A stretch of DNA of 64,000 nucleotides from Ktedonobacteria bacterium (GTDB lineage Bacteria; Chloroflexota; Ktedonobacteria; Ktedonobacterales; JACDGC01): assembly GCA_027459705.1 (NCBI GenBank), contig DAIDHM010000104.1, forward strand, positions 456 through 64,455, read 5' to 3'. Below the pieces are notes generated by a model. The model worked only from the letters and a program-made list of their open reading frames with translations, made no database searches and was not told the DNA's origin. Position 1 is the first letter of the stretch. Every line of letters begins with the position of its first letter. Shown one piece after another: positions 59,949 through 64,000 of the stretch. A program made the position numbers and the translations under genes.

Positions 59949-61747
59949 GCCAGGCCCAATCCGGGCGACATGCCAGTCGTCAGCGTTTGAATCCTCTCCT
60001 GAGGCTCCCTATCGCGACACAGTTGACGATTGGTTTCTTGCTGGCTGCCCTGATCGCCGCAGTGGGGGCTGGCACGGCAGGCGCGCGGCAAAACCAGACG
60101 CTCAGTCAGGAAGCCGCTTTTTATCGATCGCTCTCTGATAACAATACGACCTTGACGACCGGGACCTATTACCTGGAGATCACGCAACTGGCCTTGCAAT
60201 CAGTGGTGGACGACGTCTCTGGTCCAATCGTCTCCGCTGAGAATCTGCAGACGGACACCGTCGCCCTCAATAATGACATCGCGCTCGTCGATCATATTAC
60301 GCAGACGAATGTGACGCCTGGACTGGATCAGCAGTTTCCCAGTGTGCAATCGCTCATCTCCTCGCAGGCGCACGCTGATGCCGTCCGCAACTTCGCGATT
60401 TACTCTGCCAGCGCGAATCGCGCCTGGCAGGTCTATCGCAACGCGGTCAATGACGTGCAGAATCTGGCGCATAGCGGAGCCGCAACGGATCTCACCAATG
60501 CTAACCAGTTGGTCAAAAGTCAGGCAGAGCCTCTTGATGCGGAGGCGACCAGCGCATTGCGCGCCATCATCCGTTTCAATAGCCAGTTGGGCGTCCGCAT
60601 TCAGACCGAGAGCGCCAGCCAGTCGCAGAGTCAAATTTTGTTGACTGGTCTGGCGGCCGTCTTGGGATTCATTTTCATCCTGATGGTGGGTATCTTTATC
60701 TCGAATGGCATCGTGCGTCGCCTCGGTCAGTTACAGCGCGTTGCGCTGGCCATCGATGGTGGGGATGTGGAACAGCGCGTCCCGGTCATTGGTCGTGACG
60801 AGATTGCGACGGTCGCACGCTCCGTGAACGGAATGCTTGACACCATCGTTGGTTTGCTGGAAGAGACACGCCGACAACGCGACGCGCTGACCTCAGCGGC
60901 GGATCGCCTCTTCGCGGATATGCGAGTGGTTGGGGCTGGTGATCTGCGCGTGAATGCGCCGGTCAGCAATGACCCTATCGGTATGTTGGGCAATGCTTTT
61001 AACCTCACGATCGGTCGATTTCGGCGCTTCGTCCTCCGTACGCAAGGCATAACTGACCAATTAGAGGTCATTGCGCGGCGGCTCGCTGGTCGCACCCAAC
61101 ACTATCATCAGGCGGTTTCGCCTGGTGCACCATCACAAAGTCGGCCGGGATCCTCTAGTGTTGGCCCGGTGACCAATAGTCGCGAAGTCCCTGAGGGTAC
61201 GGATACACTTAATCAGTCGATCTTTCAGGCGCGGTCGGTCGTCACGCTGCTCGCCAGCGAAGGCAAGTTGGCACAGTTGCGTCAGGTGTTAGAGGTCGCT
61301 GAGGAGGTTTTCCTCTCAGCACGTCGCTTACGCCAACTGACCGCAGGCTTCAGTGAAGCTCGCAATAGGGGGACGCTGGACCGTCTGGCACGCTTGCAAG
61401 AACAAGAGATTGGCCGACTGGAAGGGACACTGCAGCAATTGGGTACGATGTCCTATATGCTCCAGCGGCAGATGGCAACTGAGTTACGCGATCTCAATCA
61501 CACCCTGGACCAGATCGAGCAATCCATCTCGACCGTCGTCAATACGCGAACGGCGCAAGCCTTCCCGCAAGGCCGCGAGTCACAGGTCCTGCAACTCGCG
61601 ACAAATTATAGCCGCGAAGTGCACGAGATTACCCAGGAATTGTACTTGCTAACACAAGACTTGCGCGGCGGCGTTGTTCCCTTCCGCACGGATGGTGAGA
61701 CGATGGACTTCCCTGTGGATCGAGCACTGAGTCGTGCAGAGCCCTAA
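59930..61747 (+). CDS. Membrane sensor with 2 TMs, tandem HAMP domains and coiled coil (chemoreceptor-like)
   Basis: TM-sensor-TM, GDVEQRVPVIGRDEIATVARSVNGM, GDLRVNAPVSNDPIGMLGNAFN; overlaps pstS. Confidence 0.8.
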   Translation: MHVHQVSQAQSGRHASRQRLNPLLRLPIATQLTIGFLLAALIAAVGAGTAGARQNQTLSQEAAFYRSLSDNNTTLTTGTYYLEITQLALQSVVDDVSGPIVSAENLQTDTVALNNDIALVDHITQTNVTPGLDQQFPSVQSLISSQAHADAVRNFAIYSASANRAWQVYRNAVNDVQNLAHSGAATDLTNANQLVKSQAEPLDAEATSALRAIIRFNSQLGVRIQTESASQSQSQILLTGLAAVLGFIFILMVGIFISNGIVRRLGQLQRVALAIDGGDVEQRVPVIGRDEIATVARSVNGMLDTIVGLLEETRRQRDALTSAADRLFADMRVVGAGDLRVNAPVSNDPIGMLGNAFNLTIGRFRRFVLRTQGITDQLEVIARRLAGRTQHYHQAVSPGAPSQSRPGSSSVGPVTNSREVPEGTDTLNQSIFQARSVVTLLASEGKLAQLRQVLEVAEEVFLSARRLRQLTAGFSEARNRGTLDRLARLQEQEIGRLEGTLQQLGTMSYMLQRQMATELRDLNHTLDQIEQSISTVVNTRTAQAFPQGRESQVLQLATNYSREVHEITQELYLLTQDLRGGVVPFRTDGETMDFPVDRALSRAEP

Positions 61748-61837
61748 GCGCTTGCAAGGCGACACTTTCTCGGAATCGCGAGTATCGCATGGACCAAACG
61801 ACTATTCAGCAATTGACCAACGTACGCGGCTTGGTGA

Positions 61838-62392
61838 TTATACATACGGTTTGGCGGTGTCATCAGAGGGTGTCTCGGTAGATGACAAAGACGCATCTTC
61901 GGTTGGTCGTATGAAGTCACCACTCCGGCCACCAGATTTGCGCTCCAGGCGAATATCGCTGATGACCATCGCGCGATCGATCGCTTTTGCCATATCATAG
62001 ATGGTGAGCGCTGCGGCGCTCACTGCCGCCAGCGCTTCCATTTCGACGCCCGTCTGGTGGAGCGTCTGTGCCGTCGCAGTGATTGTGACCGCATGCTGCG
62101 AGTTGTCCAGAGTGAAATCGACCGTGACGCTGGTCAAAGGCACCTGGTGACAGAGTGGAATGATCTGTGGTGTGGCTTTGGCAGCCATAATACCGGCCAC
62201 GCGCGCCACGGCCAGCGCATCGCCCTTTGCCAGCGCATTATCGCGCAGCGCTGCCAGGGTCGCAGGCGCCATCACCACGCGCCCTGAGGCGACGGCGATC
62301 CGCCGGGTGAACATCTTGTCGCCAACATCCACCATGTGCGCCTGGCCGGCCGCGTCGACATGTGTCAAGTGGGGTGTGTCGTCCTCTGCCAT
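61838..62392 (-). CDS. moaC: Cyclic pyranopterin monophosphate synthase
   Basis: [44 protein letters not shown]. Confidence 0.96.
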   Translation of the reverse strand: MAEDDTPHLTHVDAAGQAHMVDVGDKMFTRRIAVASGRVVMAPATLAALRDNALAKGDALAVARVAGIMAAKATPQIIPLCHQVPLTSVTVDFTLDNSQHAVTITATAQTLHQTGVEMEALAAVSAAALTIYDMAKAIDRAMVISDIRLERKSGGRSGDFIRPTEDASLSSTETPSDDTAKPYV

Positions 62393-62776
62393 ATCTCCGC
62401 CTTCTGCATCGCTGCCCTATAGGGGGCACCATGGTACCGGTCGACTTGTGCATATCTCCCGCTCGAAAACAACCACCCGTTGCCACATGCCTGGGTGATC
62501 CGCTTTTAAGCAGGCAAGCATGAAATGTCGACCTTGCTTATCATATCACGCGAACCAGCGCGGGATCAGGATTGCTGATTCCTCGACATCTCATCATGCA
62601 CTCGCAAGCACGCGCATACTGGCAGGAGCGCGGACGCATCGCGTATGATAATGAGGGCAATCTGTGCATTGTGAACCGATCGGTTTGATTTCCCTGAGAT
62701 TGTGTCCGACCGCATGCCTGCCAGATCCTGCGGGCTGGCCCGCGTGGAAATTCTGTAACCAGAGGATGTCTCATCT

Positions 62777-63157
62777 ATGTCAAATCAATCAGGCGGCGCG
62801 GATGACGAGGCCCCGCCATCGTCGACAAATCCTTCCACCTTTCGCCAGGAACTCGACGCGATCCTCCTGCGGCGTGACCCGGTAGCACTACGCACTTTCC
62901 TGGTGGAGCGAGGCCAGTGGGACGAAGATACGACCATGGACCCTGAAGTAGCCATGTGGATGATGCTTGCCGCCAGCCCCAAACATGCCCAATACCATGC
63001 CGAGGCCAAGCGCTGGCTCACGCTACATGGACGTGGCGACGACGCCGCGGCGATCGGCGGCGACCAACCAGATCGCGCGAGCACGTCGCGCCGCGCAAAA
63101 CCTCAGCACAAACGGCCACCCCAGCATCCCAGTAGCGGCAAGTCTCCGCGCGGATGA
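62777..63157 (+). CDS. Hypothetical protein
   Basis: 126 aa with AGAGGA upstream; plausible codon usage. Confidence 0.55.
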   Translation: MSNQSGGADDEAPPSSTNPSTFRQELDAILLRRDPVALRTFLVERGQWDEDTTMDPEVAMWMMLAASPKHAQYHAEAKRWLTLHGRGDDAAAIGGDQPDRASTSRRAKPQHKRPPQHPSSGKSPRG

Positions 63158-63453
63158 TCAGAGATGATCCTTGCCTGGTCCAGTGGTAAGGCATGGATTA
63201 ACCAGCCTGACCATGCACTAGCGAGTTTGATTTGTTTGCGACGGTAGCAATACCAGAGAGGTGAGGAGTATGCCTAAAGCAAGCATATCATCGCATGATT
63301 GAGCAAAAAATGGGGATTTCAGCGGAGTGGAGTAGCCCAAATGGGGAAATTGGGTCGCTTGTACGACATTCGTAGGTTATAGTGATGATACGGAACGTTG
63401 TTCTCCCCACCTCTTCCGGTGGGCATTCTAAAACAGAAACGGAAATACAGAAA

Positions 63454-63738
63454 ATGCCACTGTCAAAATCGGACCTGGTCAAAAAGGTTGCCGAGAAGAG
63501 CGGCAAGTCGGCCAAGGAAGTTCAGGCCATCACGGATACCCTGCTGGACATCGTCCGCGAGACACTGGTCGCCGGCGACACGGTCCGCCTGATCGGATTT
63601 GGCGCCTTCTCCACCGCTATGGCGGCAGAGCGCGAAGCCACCAACCCCCGCACCGGTGAAAAGGTGAAGGTTGAGGCGAAGCGCCGCGTCAAATTCACCC
63701 CAGGCAAGGATCTTGCAGACGCGGTCAACGAGAAATAA
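63454..63738 (+). CDS. hup: HU family DNA-binding protein
   Basis: SKSDLV..VAEK, VRLIGFGAF, NPRTGE, FTPGK.L. Confidence 0.95.
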   Translation: MPLSKSDLVKKVAEKSGKSAKEVQAITDTLLDIVRETLVAGDTVRLIGFGAFSTAMAAEREATNPRTGEKVKVEAKRRVKFTPGKDLADAVNEK

Positions 63739-63806
63739 ATCGCATCCCGTTCAGTCTGTTGCGTGAGTCCGCGTTTCCTTCGCGAATTCACGCAGCCAAC
63801 TGAGTA

Positions 63807-63859
63807 GAAAATACGCAAGGGGGATTTTGTTCACGCCAAAATCCCCCTTGCGTATTTTC
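63807..63859. terminator. Perfect 23-bp inverted repeat, bidirectional terminator
   Basis: gaaaatacgcaagggggattttg-N7-caaaatcccccttgcgtattttc between convergent genes. Confidence 0.85.
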
Positions 63860-63873
63860 CTGGCCATCGCGGA

Positions 63874-64000
63874 CTAGTGTCGCCGCAACTCATCTTCCAG
63901 TTCAGCGCGCATGCGCACGTAAGTCGGCGCGTCAATCTCGCCACGCTCCAAGCGTTGACGGAGAATCTCTAGCGGAGGGAGCGCGGGGACGCGTTGTTGC
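63874..64000 (-). CDS. 3' end of a SHOCT-domain protein (partial)
   Basis: ...PLEILRQRLERGEIDAPTYVRMRAELEDELRRH*. Confidence 0.75.
   Translation of the reverse strand, partial: QQRVPALPPLEILRQRLERGEIDAPTYVRMRAELEDELRRH

Noticed and set aside
62400-62770. Moco riboswitch upstream of moaC
   Set aside because: No recognisable consensus elements by eye; an Rfam scan would be needed

Overview
64-kb bacterial chromosomal window, GC-rich and probably Chloroflexota/Ktedonobacteria-like (inferred from gene content and repeat types, not proven). Housekeeping genes include purS, topA-hslV-hslU, an icd-like dehydrogenase, aspS, rsfS, rlmD, purQ-tsaE-tsaB-rimI, catalase, moaC and HU. Accessory loci of note: (1) 1-7339, a co-oriented cluster in which Clp N-terminal domains recur on three proteins, one fused to a caspase-like CHAT protease and an apparently inactivated ClpA/B-type AAA+ module, alongside a Ser/Thr kinase-TPR and an FHA protein; this is the best candidate for an undescribed phosphorylation-controlled protease/conflict system. 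(2) 39863-46761, a 7-gene operon joining a TerY-P-like vWA/PP2C/kinase triad (membrane-anchored) to a MacB/FtsX-type ABC pair. (3) 57845-58179, a 335-bp protein-free IS200/IS605 derivative with a promoter and a TnpB-type omegaRNA scaffold; removing it exactly restores a lipoprotein ORF. (4) About 31.4-34.6 kb, a low-GC decayed island (Hint remnant, HNH pair, IS3 remnant) bounded by a partial duplicate of an ECF sigma gene. Also present: an in-frame amber in aspS, a bacterial translin/TRAX homolog, and a REP-like repeat cluster. No rRNA, tRNA or CRISPR array was recognised. All calls come from reading motifs by eye; no database search was run.
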